Assembly: GCA_002269645.1 (NCBI GenBank)
Contig: NIVC01000606.1
Coordinates: 434,001 to 498,000, forward strand
DNA from: Macrostomum lignano
Lineage: Eukaryota
Direction of reading: 5' to 3'
Length of the DNA stretch: 64,000 nt
Shown here: positions 12,875 through 25,175 of the stretch, piece by piece
How the letters are laid out: each line of letters opens with the position of its first letter
Numbering within the stretch: position 1 is the first letter of the stretch
The notes under the pieces: generated by a model
Told to the model about the DNA's origin: nothing
Databases searched by the model: none
What the model saw: the letters and a program-made list of their open reading frames with translations, nothing else
Position numbers and translations under genes: made by a program

Positions 12875-13385
12875 TTCCTTCTATCCCTTCTATCATTCCT
12901 TCTATCCCTTCTATCATTCCTTCTATCCCTTCTATCATTCCTTCTATCCCTTCTATCATTCCTTCTATCCTTTCTATCATTCCTTCTATCCCTTCTATCA
13001 TTCCTTCTATCCCTTCTATCATTCCTTCTATCCTTTCTATCATTCCTTCTATCCTTTCTATCATTCCTTCTATCCCTTCTATCATTCCTTCTATCCCTTC
13101 TATCATTCCTTCTATCCTTTCTATCATTCCTTCTATCCCTTCTATCATTCCTTCTATCCTTTCTATCATTCCTTCTATCCCTTCTATCATTCCTTCTATC
13201 CCTTCTATCATTCCTTCTATCCCTTCTATCATTCCTTCCATCCCTTCTATCCCCATCTATCGTCCCTTCTATCATTCCTTCTATTCCATCTATCATCCCT
13301 TCTATCCCTTCTATCATTCCATCTATCATTCCTTCTATCCCTTCAACATCAATCATTTCTTCTATCCCATCTATCATTCCTTCTT
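12875..13385. repeat. 21-bp polypyrimidine minisatellite
   Basis: Unit TTCCTTCTATCCCTTCTATCA, decaying after ~13250. Confidence 0.95.
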
Positions 13386-13721
13386 TTCGACTCATATCTT
13401 CTAAGCTATTTTCATTAGTTTTTCTATCTTTATCAAGCGTAAAATTTATTTCAGGTAAGTTGTCAAGCCCCATTGAGCACAGATTGCATGGCAACAATCA
13501 ATAGACAACCACAGAGATTGACAACTGTAGCGTTCTGAGTGACTCCCGAATTCCTTTTGTTCTTGATCGGCATCGATCGGTGCGGGTAAATGCTTATTGA
13601 TTTTCGGCTTCTATTGTCTGCGTCGCATGACTGAACAAGGCGGAAACACGATTTCTTGTTGCTAATTTTAGCAACAGGTTTTGGCCCCGATTTCACCTGC
13701 GAGCAAGATCTCAGAATTGCA

Positions 13722-13985
13722 GTATGACAGCCATAAACTTTCTAGATCTCAGATGTATGACCGGCATAAACTTTCTAGATCTCAGATATATGACCGGCAT
13801 AAACTTTCTAGATCTCAGATATATGACCGGCATAAACTTTCTAGATCTCAGATATATAACTGCCATAAACTTTCTAGATCTCAGATATATGACCGGCTTA
13901 AACTTTCTATATCTCAGATATATGGCTGGTATTAACTTTCTAGATCTCAGATATATGACCGGCATAAACTCTATATCTCAGATTG
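13722..13985. repeat. 33-bp minisatellite
   Basis: Unit ATATATGACCGGCATAAACTTTCTAGATCTCAG, about 7-8 copies. Confidence 0.93.
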
Positions 13986-14415
13986 TACAGTCCCCTACAG
14001 TAGAGCAAAAAAGTTCTTATAGTTTTTTTTTAAATATACCAGTTCACCAGCCTGTTCTTTCTTTAATTAATAGTTAAACTTCGTTTAATCCTGACTTGAC
14101 CATCCGTGAGCTGTCTGACTGTCTGGGAGTTAATTAGTCGGGATGGGGATTTAGAACTTTCTGAAACAGTCGTTTCATATTGATCGAATCATTAAGAAGG
14201 GCTACTAATGAGCTTTCTGATTCAAAATAATCGATGTTGTCACCTTTAAGAACTTGGATTTTAGAATTTTCTTTTGTGCTAAAATTTCTATAAATCTATT
14301 GAAACAATTATTTTTATAGGTCGTTCAGATTCTAGCATTGCGATGAAGGATATTGGAGATTGGACCATAAACTATACTACTGCATTTATGGCACAGAACT
14401 AATACAGTTGGGGCT

Positions 14416-14888
14416 CCCGGTCACAGACAGTTTAGATAGGTCATAGACAGGTTTGCTCATAGATCATAGAAAGTTTGTCTCAAAGACAATTTGGGTCATA
14501 GAAAAAAAAGTTATAGATCATTTTGTTCATGGACAGTTTGTGTTGTAGACAATTCGGGTCATAGACGATTGGGTTCACAGACAATTTGGGTCATAGACAA
14601 TTCGGGTCTTAGACGATTCGGTCATAGACAATTCGGCTCATAGACGATTCGGTCATAGACAATTCGGTCATAGACAATTCGGCTCATAGACGATTCGGTC
14701 ATAGACAATTCGGTCATAGACGATTCGGTCATAGACAATTCGGTCATAGACAATTCGGCTCATAGACGATTCGGTCATAGACAATTCGGTCATAGACAAT
14801 TCGGCTCATAGACGATTCGGTCATAGACAATTCGGTCATAGACAATTCGGTCATAGACAATACGGGTCAGATACAGCTTGAGCCAACC
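14416..14888. repeat. 15/16-bp minisatellite upstream of the GPCR
   Basis: Unit GTCATAGACAATTCG; an inverted relative of the array at 15881-16795. Confidence 0.92.
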
Positions 14889-15344
14889 CTAACTACTGAT
14901 GCGTACATGATGTACTTTCCTTACTGTACTTTGCTTACTTTAAGGCCCCAATTTTTCGCATTGATGCCAGCCCCCTTCCCCCTTACTAGACTTTCCAGAC
15001 AAAATAATCGTCCCCCAATTTTCGCTGCCTCCCAGCCTACATGCATTTACCGGGCAAAGATAATTCCCATATACTTCTATACATGAGCATTTGGGATATT
15101 TTCTTGTGCGAATTAGCGGCCGACCCGAGATTCGCTCAGACTTGCAGAGCAGAAGAAGAAGAAGCAAGGAGTAACGAAGCGGCCTGTGGATTGGGAAGCT
15201 GGCTGGTGGGCGGGACGAAAAATGAAATTACAATTGCTTCATTGCTCCCAGTTGCTGAGCCAGCGCTGGATCGCGGCGCTCGGAGACGGCAGCAGTGGGT
15301 GGCGGGGAATGAATGAAAAATTCTGTTATTTGGCCAGCCGTGAG

Positions 15345-15378
15345 CCAATCAGCTGGCAGCGGAATGCATGACTATAAA
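15345..15378 (+). promoter_or_regulatory. Candidate CCAAT box and TATA box of the GPCR gene
   Basis: AGCCAATCAG with CCAAT at 15345 and TATAAA at 15373. If used, the real start codon is probably the in-frame ATG at 15431 rather than 15368. Confidence 0.4.
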
Positions 15379-18300
15379 TTCCCATGAGCCCATGGATAGT
15401 AACCAGGCGAGGGGGCCATCCGTAGCAGTCATGGACAAGCAGTCTTTGTTAATGTTACAAGGCGCCGCCAATCAGTCTTTGTCGGCGACTACGGCCGGCG
15501 AGGAGGACTCGTTTCACATGTTTAAAAAGTACTTCATGTCCTGGTTCATGCCCATGCTGCTAGGCATCGGGTTCTGCGGCACGTCAATCAATTTGTACAT
15601 CATAGTCATGTGCCGGGTGTTCCAGAAGACAACTTCTATTCTGTTCGCCGCACTGGCCATTGCCGACATCGTTAACCTGGTGTTTGCCGCCACCTACCTG
15701 TACGTGTCCGTCTATTGGGATTATGATCCCATGCGCTACTCGGCGGCCGGCTGCTATCTGGTGCCCTATCTGGAGGCTATTGGCTACTGGCTATCGCCAT
15801 GGATACAGGTGCCACTTTGCAGTTTCTCTGTACGATTCATTTTAGTAATGTAGAGAGTCCTCATCCATTCAAATCTGTGTGATTGGCTTAAACTCTATGA
15901 CACAAAATTTCTATAACAAACCGTCTATGACTCAAACTGTCTATGATCAAACTGTCTATGATCGAACTGTCTATGATCAAACTGTCTGTGATCAAACTGT
16001 CTATGATCGAACTGTCTATGATCAAACTGTCTATGATCAAACTGTCTATGATCGAACTGTCTATGATCAAACTGTCTATGATCAAACTGTCCACGACTCA
16101 AACTGTCTGTGATCAAAATGTCTATGATTAAACTGTCTATGATCAAACTGTCTGATCAAACTGTCTGATCAAACTGTCTATGATCAAACTGTCTGATCAA
16201 ACTGTCTGATCAAACTGTCTATGATCAAACTGTCTGTGATCAAACTGTCTATGATCAAACTGTCTATGATCAAACTATCTGTGATCAAACTGTCTGTGAT
16301 CAAAGTGTCTATGATCAAACTGACTATGATCAAAATATCTATGATCAAACTGTCTATGATCAAACTGTCCACGACTCAAACTGTGTGTGATCAAACTGTC
16401 TGTGATCAAACTGTCTATGATCAACCTTTCATAGACTCAAACTGTCTGTGATCAAACTGTCTGTGATCAAAGTGTCTATGAACAAACTGTCTATGATCAA
16501 CCTTCCATAGACTCAAACTGTCTATGATCAAACTGTCTATGGTCAACCAATGACTCATACTGTCTATGATCAAACTATGACTCAAACTGTCTATGATCAA
16601 ACTATGACTCAAACTGTCTATGATCAAACTGTCTATGATCAAACTGTCTATGATCAAAACCTGTCTATGACTCAAACTGTCTATGACTCGCACTGTCTAT
16701 GATCAAACTGTCTATAGCTTAACTTCTGTCTCAAACTGTTTATGACTCAATCAGTTTATGACCCAACCTGTCTATTGACTAAAACTATCTATGGCTCAAA
16801 GTATTTGGTAAAATGTTTCAGAATATTAAAATATTTAGAACTGGCTGGCAATGAGACAACCAGGAAAATTCGAGAAGTACAACTCAGACTCAGTGGCATG
16901 CGTGCTAGGCTGTTGAGCAACTGCAAACATCTGATTTCCGGTGAAACATTTTGAAAATTGGTTCCCACTGAGGGAATCGGTGAACTGGGGCGAAATTATA
17001 CGAAGCGAGAGCAGTCACGATTCTGGAGTAGTGGGATTTCAAGTTCGGGCTCTTCCCTCCCTTGTCATCCTCTCTGGTCCATCCGCTCCGTTAACAGCTT
17101 AGATGCGTCCTGAAAAGCACTTTTGCGATAAATAGCTTTTGGGTGGAACAGATTGATCATGCGTGCGCCCAGTGAGTGTGCATCTATCTGCCTATGTGTC
17201 ATTGTCTGCCACACTGTCTGTGTTACTGTCTGTCATACTGTCTGTCATGCTGTCTGTCATACTGTCTGTGTTATTGTCTGTCATACTGTCTGTCATAATG
17301 TCTGTCATACTGTCTGTCATGCTGTCTGTCATGCTGTCTGTCATGCTGTCTGTCATACTGCCTGTGATACTGTCTGTCATACTGCCTGTCATACTGTCTG
17401 TCATACTGTCTGTCATGCTGTCTGTGTTATTGTCTGTCATACTGTCTGTCATGCTGTCTGTCATGCTGCCTGTGTTATTGTCTGTCATACTGTCTGTCAT
17501 AATGTCTGTCATACTGTCTGTCATGCTGTCTGTCATACTGTCTGTGTTATTGTCTGTCATACTGTCTGTCATACTGTCTGTCATACTGTCTGTCATGCTG
17601 TCTGTCATACTGTCTGTGTTATTGTCTGTCATACTGTCTGTCATAATGTCTGTCATACTGTCTGTCATAATGTCTGTCATACTGTCTGTCATGCTGTCTG
17701 TCATACTGTCTGTGTTATTGTCTGTCATAATGTCTGTCATGCTGTCTGTCATGCTGTCTGTCCTACTGTCTTTCATGCTGTCTGTCAGTCATACCGTCCG
17801 TCCTAGTGTCGCAGTCGCATCAGCTGATTCGTTATAATTTTTCTAGCTGTTTTCTTTCTCCAAGTCTCACCTGGCGGAGCCCCCGAGTCGTGTCCGCGGT
17901 GTCTCCCAGGCTCGCCAGCTAATTAGCCAGCGGAAAAATGAGCTGTCACGAACCCCGGATGTGTCAATGGGCTGCACAGTGGCTGCCGCTTTGCATTTCT
18001 GTGTTAACAGGAAGCTGATTGCGCCTCTTGGCTGTGCGCTTCTTTGTTGTCAGAGAGCGATTCGGGCTCTCTGGCAGTCACTGAGCACTTTTGCTGTAGA
18101 TTTGTGTAGACTGCAGGTTTAGAAATTTTTGTTTTAAAGATAGGCGCTTCAGAGTCCTCACTGCTAGTGTAAGACAGGTTTTGGCCTTTATAGCCATCTA
18201 TGCAGGTACCCTGTTAAACCTCGTATTAAAGGGCCGTATCCAGGATTGTAGTATCTAAGGCTGGTATCTAAGGCTGGTATCTAAGGCTGGTATCTAAAGC

Positions 18301-21300
18301 TGTATCCAAGGGCTGGTATTCAAGTCGGTATCCAAGGCTGGTATCTAAGTCTGGTATTCAAGTCTGGTATCCAAAGGCTGGTATCTAAGGTTGGTATCTA
18401 AATCTGGTTTCCTAAACTGGTATCCAAGGCTGGTATCTAAAGCTGTATCTAAGGGCTGGTATCTAAGGCTGGTATCTAAAGCTGTATCCAAGGGCTGGTA
18501 TTGAAGTCTGGTACCCAAGGCTGGTATCTAAGGCTGGTATCTAAAGCTGTATCCAAGGGCTGGTGTCCAAGTCTGGTATCCAAGGCTGGTATCTAAGGCT
18601 GCAGTATCCAAGGCTGGTATCTAAGGCTGCAGTATCCAAGGCTGGTATCTAAAGCTGTATTCAAGTCTGGTATCCAAGGCTGGTATCTAAGGCTGGTATC
18701 TAAAGCTGTATCCAAGGGCTGGTAGCCAAGTCTGGCATCTATGGGTTGTATCTCTATATTTATCTATACCTAAGGGCGCATTTCTATATATAATTTTTCC
18801 TGTAGCCACGATAGGAAATGTAAATGATGATTAAGCATTTTTAAGTAAAGAAACACTAGAAATCTTAAATTAACTATATAATCTTGCATGCAGTATTTCC
18901 CAGGCAAATCGCACTTGACCTGCCCGAATGACTGACAGACTGATATTGGAATTTAATCTCCTATACTTTAAAGACAAGCCGGGTCCCGCTGGCAAAGAAT
19001 TCATGCAAAAGATGGGTCAGTCAGAAGCCGGTCATGGGATTACTGAGATAATCTTGCCAAGAGATAAGTCCTGCTCCGCGGCTGCAAACATAACATTTGA
19101 TAGCACAAGGGCAGAGGGCATCTGCTGCTTGGATCAAACAGATTCTGTAAAAAAACATGCGCGGCTGAAGGTTGCAAGTGCATGTCGCGTGACCCTTGTG
19201 TTAAACATGCGGAACTTATGTTGCTTGCAGTTCTGCTCAGATTCGGTTCTGTTCAGATTGTGTCGGATTGTGTCATGCTCAGTCAGATCTGTTTACATTG
19301 TGTCAGGCTCAGTCAGATCTGTTTACATTGTGTCAGGCTCAGTCAGGTCTGTTTACATTGTGTCAGATCCAGTCAGATCTGTTTAGATTGTGTCAGATCC
19401 AGTCAGATCTGTTTAGATTGTGTCAGGCTCAGTCAGGTCTGTTTACATTGTGTCAGGCTCAGTCAGATCTGTTTACATTGTGTCAGGCTCAGTCAGGTCT
19501 GTTTACATTGTGTCAGGCTCAGTCAGATCTGTTTACATTGTGTCAGGCTCAGTCAGGTCTGTTTACATTGTGTCAGGCTCAGTCAGATCTGTTTACATTG
19601 TGTCAGGCTCAGTCAGATCTGTTTACATTGTGTCAGGCTCAGTCAGGTCTGTTTACATTGTGTCAGATCCAGCCAGATCTGTTTAGATTGTCAGATCCAG
19701 TCAGATCTGTTTAGATTGTGTCAGATCCAGCCAGAGCTGTGTCAGATCCAGTCAGATCTGTTTAGATTGTGTCAGATCCAGTCAGATCTGTTTAGATTGT
19801 GTCAGATCCAGCCAGAGCTGTGTCAGGTCCAGTCAGAGCTGTGTCAGGCCCAGTCAGAGCTGTGTCAGGCCCAGTCAGAGCTGTGTCAGGTCCAGTCAGA
19901 GCTGTGTCAGGTCCAGTCAGAGCTGTGTCAGGCCCAGTCAGAGCTGTGTCAGGTCCAGTCAGAGCTGTGTCAGGCCCAGTCAGAGCTGTGTCAGGTCCAG
20001 TCAGAGCTGTGTCAGATCCAGTCAGAGCTGTGTCAGGCGTATCCTGCTGAACATTATACTCAAACCAAGCAAAGAGTCGCTGAGCACAGCATAAACGCAG
20101 CAAATTTGGCAACTTTGAGCCTAGCAAATCCGCCTCATCATGCTCATGAAGTCTTCCAGCAGAGAGCTGAGCGCTGTCCGTTGTAGGCAAGGTGGTTCCC
20201 CATTGCAGGGAGCTTCCGACTCGCATAGCTAATTGGGTTAGACTGTGAGCCGTTGCTCGGCTCTCATTCAGTTCCGCTTCGGTCATCCGTGTGCCTGGGG
20301 GGGGGGGGAATTTGCATTCGAATAGCTGCAGCTCGGGGCCTGAGCGAGGCGGAAGAATGCACTGATATTACTCAGGGAGTACAGTAGCTCAATAGAGACT
20401 CAGATCTACCTGTCAATATTTAGTTTTTTCCTAGCCTAGCTATGCGCCTCGTGTGTCTTTGTGAACGAGTGAGCCTTTGCTTTATCCGGGAGGTAAAGAA
20501 GGCTGAATTATTTTCTAGGCCAGCACTGCCCACACATGGCGGCTCTCGAATGTAATTAGTGCCGAAAATATGGGAAGCCTTGCCCATCAATCAACTTGTG
20601 TATTGATCAAAGTCTACCAGCTCCCCTAGCACTCCACTGCTTGTGTCAAACTGAAGCTCAGCAGGCTTCAACTTTCATTGTCTGCTCGATGCACCGATTG
20701 GTCCTGTACCAACTGTGCTGATTGCAGCTCAATATGCACCGATTGGTCCTGTACCAACTGTGCTGACTGCAGCTCAATATGCACCGATTGGTCCTGTACC
20801 ATCTGTGCTGATTGCAGCTCAATATGCACCGATTGGTCCTGTACCAACTGTGCTGACTGCAGCTCAATATGCACCGATTGGTCCTGTACCAACTGTGCTG
20901 ACTGCAGCTCAATATGCACCGATTGGTCCTGTACCAACTGTGCTGATTGCAGCTCAATGCACCGATTGGTCCTGTACCAACTGTGCTGACTGCAGCTCAA
21001 TATGCACCGATTGGTCCTGTACCAACTGTGCTGACTGCAGCTCAATGCACCGATTGGTCCTGTACCAACTGTGCTGATTGCAGCTCAATATGCACCGATT
21101 GGTCCTGTACCATCTGTGCTGACTGCAGCTCAATATGCACCGATTGGTCCTGTACCATCTGTGCTGACTGCAGCTCAATATGCACCGATTGGTCCTGTAC
21201 CATCTGTGCTGACTGCAGCTCAATGCACCGATTGGTCCTGTACCATCTGTGCTGACTGCAGCTCAATGCACCGATTGGTCCTGTACCATCTGTGCTGACT

Positions 21301-24061
21301 GCAGCTCAATGCACCGATTGGTCCTGTACCATCTGTGCTGATTGCAGCTCAATATGCACCGATTGGTCCTGTACCATCAGTGCTGACTGCAGCTTAAATG
21401 ACTTTTCATGTACAAGCCAGGGCATGCAACTAAACTGCAGAGCAAGCCGTTCCTTTAAAAAAAGAAAATCAACAGGGGTCGCCTGATTGACAGCAGCGGA
21501 CTGCGACAGCGATTAGGGGAGAATATCTGCTTGAGCTTAATCCGCTTTTTAGCTGAGATTTGTCCTGCGTGTGAGTGGCTTGGAGAAAGTTTTCTTTACA
21601 ATTGCAGAAACAACTCCTTGAATTGCTGTGCAGAATTGCTGGAATTATTGGCTGTACTTATTGTCAGTTCTTCATGCTATTGTGTACTGAGCGATACATT
21701 TCGCATGCCCCACACATTTCACCGCCACCGTTTGGAGAAGTTGCCTAGCTGAGTAAAAATTGTCATAGTCACACTTCTCAATGTCTGGTTGAGTTGGTTT
21801 CGCACAGACTGCTCATACTTGTATTTATGCGCTTGATTGAGAGCTGCTCGCCTTGCTACCTTCCCGTCCTTGCTAAATGATTGAGTATTTCTCACGTTGG
21901 TCAATATCGAATTATTACAAATTTCAACAAATAATCATTTCTGCCGATTAAATTGAAGGGTCAAAAGTACACACTTAGGTTGTCGGTTGAAATGCCTTTT
22001 AAAGTACACACTTAGGTTGTCGATTGAAGGGCCATTTAAAATGTAGACTTAGATTGTCGATAAAAGGGTCATTAAAAGTACACACTTAGGTTTTCAGTTT
22101 TAAGGGCCATTTAAAGTACAAACTTAAATTTCCGATTTAAAGACCATTTAAAGTACACACATGGGTTGTCGATAGAAGGGCCATTTAAAGTACACACTTA
22201 GGTTGTCGATTGGAGCGCCTTTTAAAGTACACACTTAGGTTGTTTCTTGAATTGAAGGGTCATTTTAAGTACACACTAAGGTTGTCGGTTTAAGGGCCAT
22301 TAAAAGTATACACTTAGGTTGTCAGTTGAAGGGACACTTAAAGCACACACTTAGGTTGTCAGTTGAAGGGACATTAAAAGTACACACTTAGGTTGTCGAT
22401 AGAAGGGACATTTAAAGCACACACTTAGGTTGTCGATAGAAGGGACATTTAAAGCACACACTTAGGTTGTCAGTTGAAGGGACACTTAAAGCACACACTT
22501 AGGTTGTCAGTTGAAGGGACATTAAAAGTACACACTTAGGTTGTCAGTTGAATAGACATTAAAAGTACACACTCAGGTTGTCGATTGAAGGCTCAACCTC
22601 TGCCTGCACCCCCTTCCTGCAGGCGGTGATCTCATTTCACCGGATGCTGGCCATCAGATTCCCGCTGCGCATCCGGCAGTGGCTGACAGCCAAGAGGACC
22701 CGCTACCTGCTGTGCGGCCTCTCCTCGTTGGTGGTCGGCTACGCCTCCATCGTTCCCGCCTGCCACCGATGGACGACCTCAGAGCCACCGGCTGGCGAGG
22801 GCGGAAACCGCAGCAGCACCTCTCCGAGGGAGCCGGGCAGTTCGGGCGTCTGCGACAAGCGAGGCCGCGAGTTCGTCATCTATTATTCTCACGGCCTGTT
22901 CGGCTCGATCGTGCCGTTCTTCATCATGATTCTGTGCACCTGTCTCATTGTCTACTTTGTGTGCCAGAGCCGGAGTCACGTGATTCGCACCTTCCGACGC
23001 ATGAGTGTCCGGCAGGCGCGACTGCTGCGCTCCCAGCTGGCGGGCCCCGGAGCCGGCGGTGGCACCGCAGCCGCCCCCGCCGCCCCTCGCGCCGCCGGCT
23101 GGTTCGGCACGCAGCGTCGGGCGCCACTTCAACTTCGGGCGCGTCGGCAAGTTCAGCGCCGGTGGCTGTGGCCACGGGATCCGGAACTGAACGGCGGATC
23201 ACGCAGATGCTGATCCTCATGAATGTGACCTACTTTGTTACTAACGGCTTCGCCGGCCTCTTTTTGATCTCGAAGGTGCACCTGACCACAGGCGGAGGCT
23301 CCGAGTTCGCCCGGGTGTGGACCATGCTGCACCGCTTCTTCGACGTCTGCGCCTGCGTCAACAACAGCACGAACTGGATTTTCTACTTGGTCTCCGGGCG
23401 GAAGTTTCGCGAGAAATTTTTCAGCTTACTGTTTGGCTGCTGCAGGCGCGGCAACGCCGGCGGCGCTGGAGGCGGCGGAAGCGCAGAAAGGCTGCGGCAG
23501 TTTCGGCTGCAGTCGGCTGCGGCCGCTTCGTCTCAGCAGATAAAGCTGAGGCAGCGCCAGCCTGTCTCGCGGTAGGTGCTGTGCATTTTTGTTCGTGCAT
23601 TGCTACTTTGAGTAGCGAAATAATAATTAGGAATACTGTTTACTACTACTACAACTACAACTACTACTTCTACTACTACTACTCCCAGATATCCCGGCAA
23701 TGATCTGTCCCAGCAGCAACAAACAGCAGCAACAAGCAGGGGATGCCGGCTTGGCCAAGAAAGCCAACGTTCGGCCATCTCAGCAGGCGGCGACAGTCCG
23801 AATTACAGCAGCGAAGCCGGCGGCAGCGGCAGCAGCGACGAGTTCACCGGTCTGAATGCTGAAGCAACCAACGGCTGCAATCGAAACAGCAGCCGACGTC
23901 GCCGCAGCGACCACAGTCCGGAAGAGGAACGGCGGCCGCTGGTGGCTCTGGCGAAGGCTTCGGCAGTACAGGCTGCAGCGGTCGCGAGCGAGGCAGCCGA
24001 CTGCCGGAGCAGCAAGCGCCGCAGCAAAGAGATCACCATCGACTGCACTTCCTCGGTCTAG
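15368..24061 (+). CDS. Class A peptide-type GPCR, join(15368..15808,22623..23571,23689..24061), with a 1-nt frameshift near 23074-23086
   Basis: Exon 1 covers TM1-TM3 (GFCGTSINLYII, LAIADIVNL, N-glycosylation site NQS). Exon 2 begins with FHR (DRY position) and covers TM4-5 in one frame and TM6-7 (NNSTNWIFYLVSGRKFR) in another. Splice sites are canonical. Exon 3 is open to ...IDCTSSV-stop. Start codon uncertain. Confidence 0.85.
15881..16795. repeat. 15-bp minisatellite in GPCR intron 1
   Basis: Unit CAAACTGTCTATGAT with variants. Confidence 0.95.
17207..17790. repeat. 12-bp minisatellite in GPCR intron 1
   Basis: Units TGTCTGTCATAC, TGTCTGTCATGC and TGTCTGTGTTAT. Confidence 0.95.
18253..18735. 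repeat. ~13-bp minisatellite in GPCR intron 1
   Basis: Unit GGTATCTAAGGCT with variants. Confidence 0.92.
19262..20035. repeat. Compound 30-bp to 21-bp minisatellite in GPCR intron 1
   Basis: TGTGTCAGGCTCAGTCAGATCTGTTTACAT changes to TGTGTCAGGTCCAGTCAGAGC after ~19810. Confidence 0.95.
20688..21390. repeat. 45/43-bp minisatellite in GPCR intron 1
   Basis: Unit AATATGCACCGATTGGTCCTGTACCAACTGTGCTGACTGCAGCTC; some copies lack 2 nt. Confidence 0.95.
21955..22590. repeat. ~37-bp minisatellite abutting the exon 2 acceptor
   Basis: Unit ~AAAGTACACACTTAGGTTGTCAGTTGAAGGGACATT; ends ~30 nt before the AG at 22621-22622. Confidence 0.92.
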
Positions 24062-24150
24062 ACCCGACTTGACATCATGTTCTCATGTCCTCCTGACATG
24101 GCCCCGTGCCATTGTGTCTTCGTTTCCGATCATGTTCCAATATGTACACT

Positions 24151-24415
24151 CATGTCCCCGTGTCTTCATGTCCCCGTGTCTTCATGTCCCCGTGTCTTCA
24201 TGTCCCCGTGTCTTCATGTCCCCGTGTCTTCATGTCCCCGTGTCTTCATGTCCCCGTGTCTTCATGTCCCCGTGTCTTCATGTCCCCGTGTCTTCATGTC
24301 CCCGTGTCTTCATGTCCCCGTGTCTTCATGTCCCCGTGTCTTCATGTCCCCGTGTCTTCATGTCCCCGTGTCTTCATGTCCCCGTGTCTTCATGTCCCCG
24401 TGTCTTCATGTCTTC
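24151..24415. repeat. 16-bp minisatellite just after the GPCR stop codon
   Basis: (CATGTCCCCGTGTCTT)n, nearly perfect, about 16 copies. Confidence 0.97.
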
Positions 24416-25175
24416 GATCATGTCTCCGTATTGTCATGTCCCTGTCTTTTTTCTCATCTCCATCACCAGAGGATTTTGGGGTATTTGTTTAAGTCTCGCT
24501 TGAGTCCTTATTTCTAATAAAAAATTGGGTTGAAGTTCTGAAGATAATATTTTATTATAGTAAAAACTGCAATGTTGCATAATTGCTTGATGGCTGTGAC
24601 AGCCATTATTTTTTATAGTCGCTGTTTTCTAAGAAAAAGTTTCATATTTCTGTTAATATATCCATATACATATACCTGTATTTTTTTAATATTTAACTCA
24701 CCGCACTGATTCGAGCAGTGCATTATGTTTACGAGCCGTATTAATTAAAGAAGCTTCATAAACAGTTTTCATTAAATTAGTTTATGCATGAGCTCGCAAC
24801 CCAATGATTTCAGAAAAAACAGCCATTGAGCCCTATTGGCTGCTAGCTGCAACCCCGCGCCTTCATTTCTAACCCATCTCGCCTAGCCACCTCACGCCTC
24901 TCACAGTACAGCCGTGCCCCCACCCCTCCCTCTCCGCTCATTGGCTAACAGCGCGTGGACCAATAGCCGATCGCCGACTGGCTCTCTGTCTGCCAACGTG
25001 GGGTGCGGTGGCGCTGAATCGCAATATAGGATGACACTTACTGGCAACAGCTTTTATACGAGTACGAGTAAGATAAAAAATACACGCCATTTGAGGCCGA
25101 GTAGTCTTGTCACTTCAAATCTCACCCCTGCGGTTGAAGTTCTGCATTGGACCTCGGCAGTAGCCAAAGATAAAA

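Noticed and set aside
11551-13497. Long ORFs on both strands (for example 253, 208, 216 and 194 aa)
   Set aside because: They are translations of 30-bp and 21-bp tandem repeats whose unit length is a multiple of 3; no splice or domain support.
20688-21390. CRISPR-like appearance of regular 45-bp units (also 27976-28220)
   Set aside because: Head-to-tail repeats with no unique spacers and no cas genes, in a eukaryotic intron context.
15879-21486. Many Cys-rich or repetitive ORFs in GPCR intron 1, including 19182-20186 (334 aa)
   Set aside because: All run through minisatellites (15, 12, 30/21 and 45 bp); metallothionein-like Cys patterns are repeat artefacts.
23005-23036. A 32-nt GT-AG intron that would repair the GPCR frame
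   Set aside because: Weak donor (GTGTCC) and very short; it would replace Ala/Gly-rich, native-looking codons with an Arg-rich frame. A homopolymer indel is simpler.
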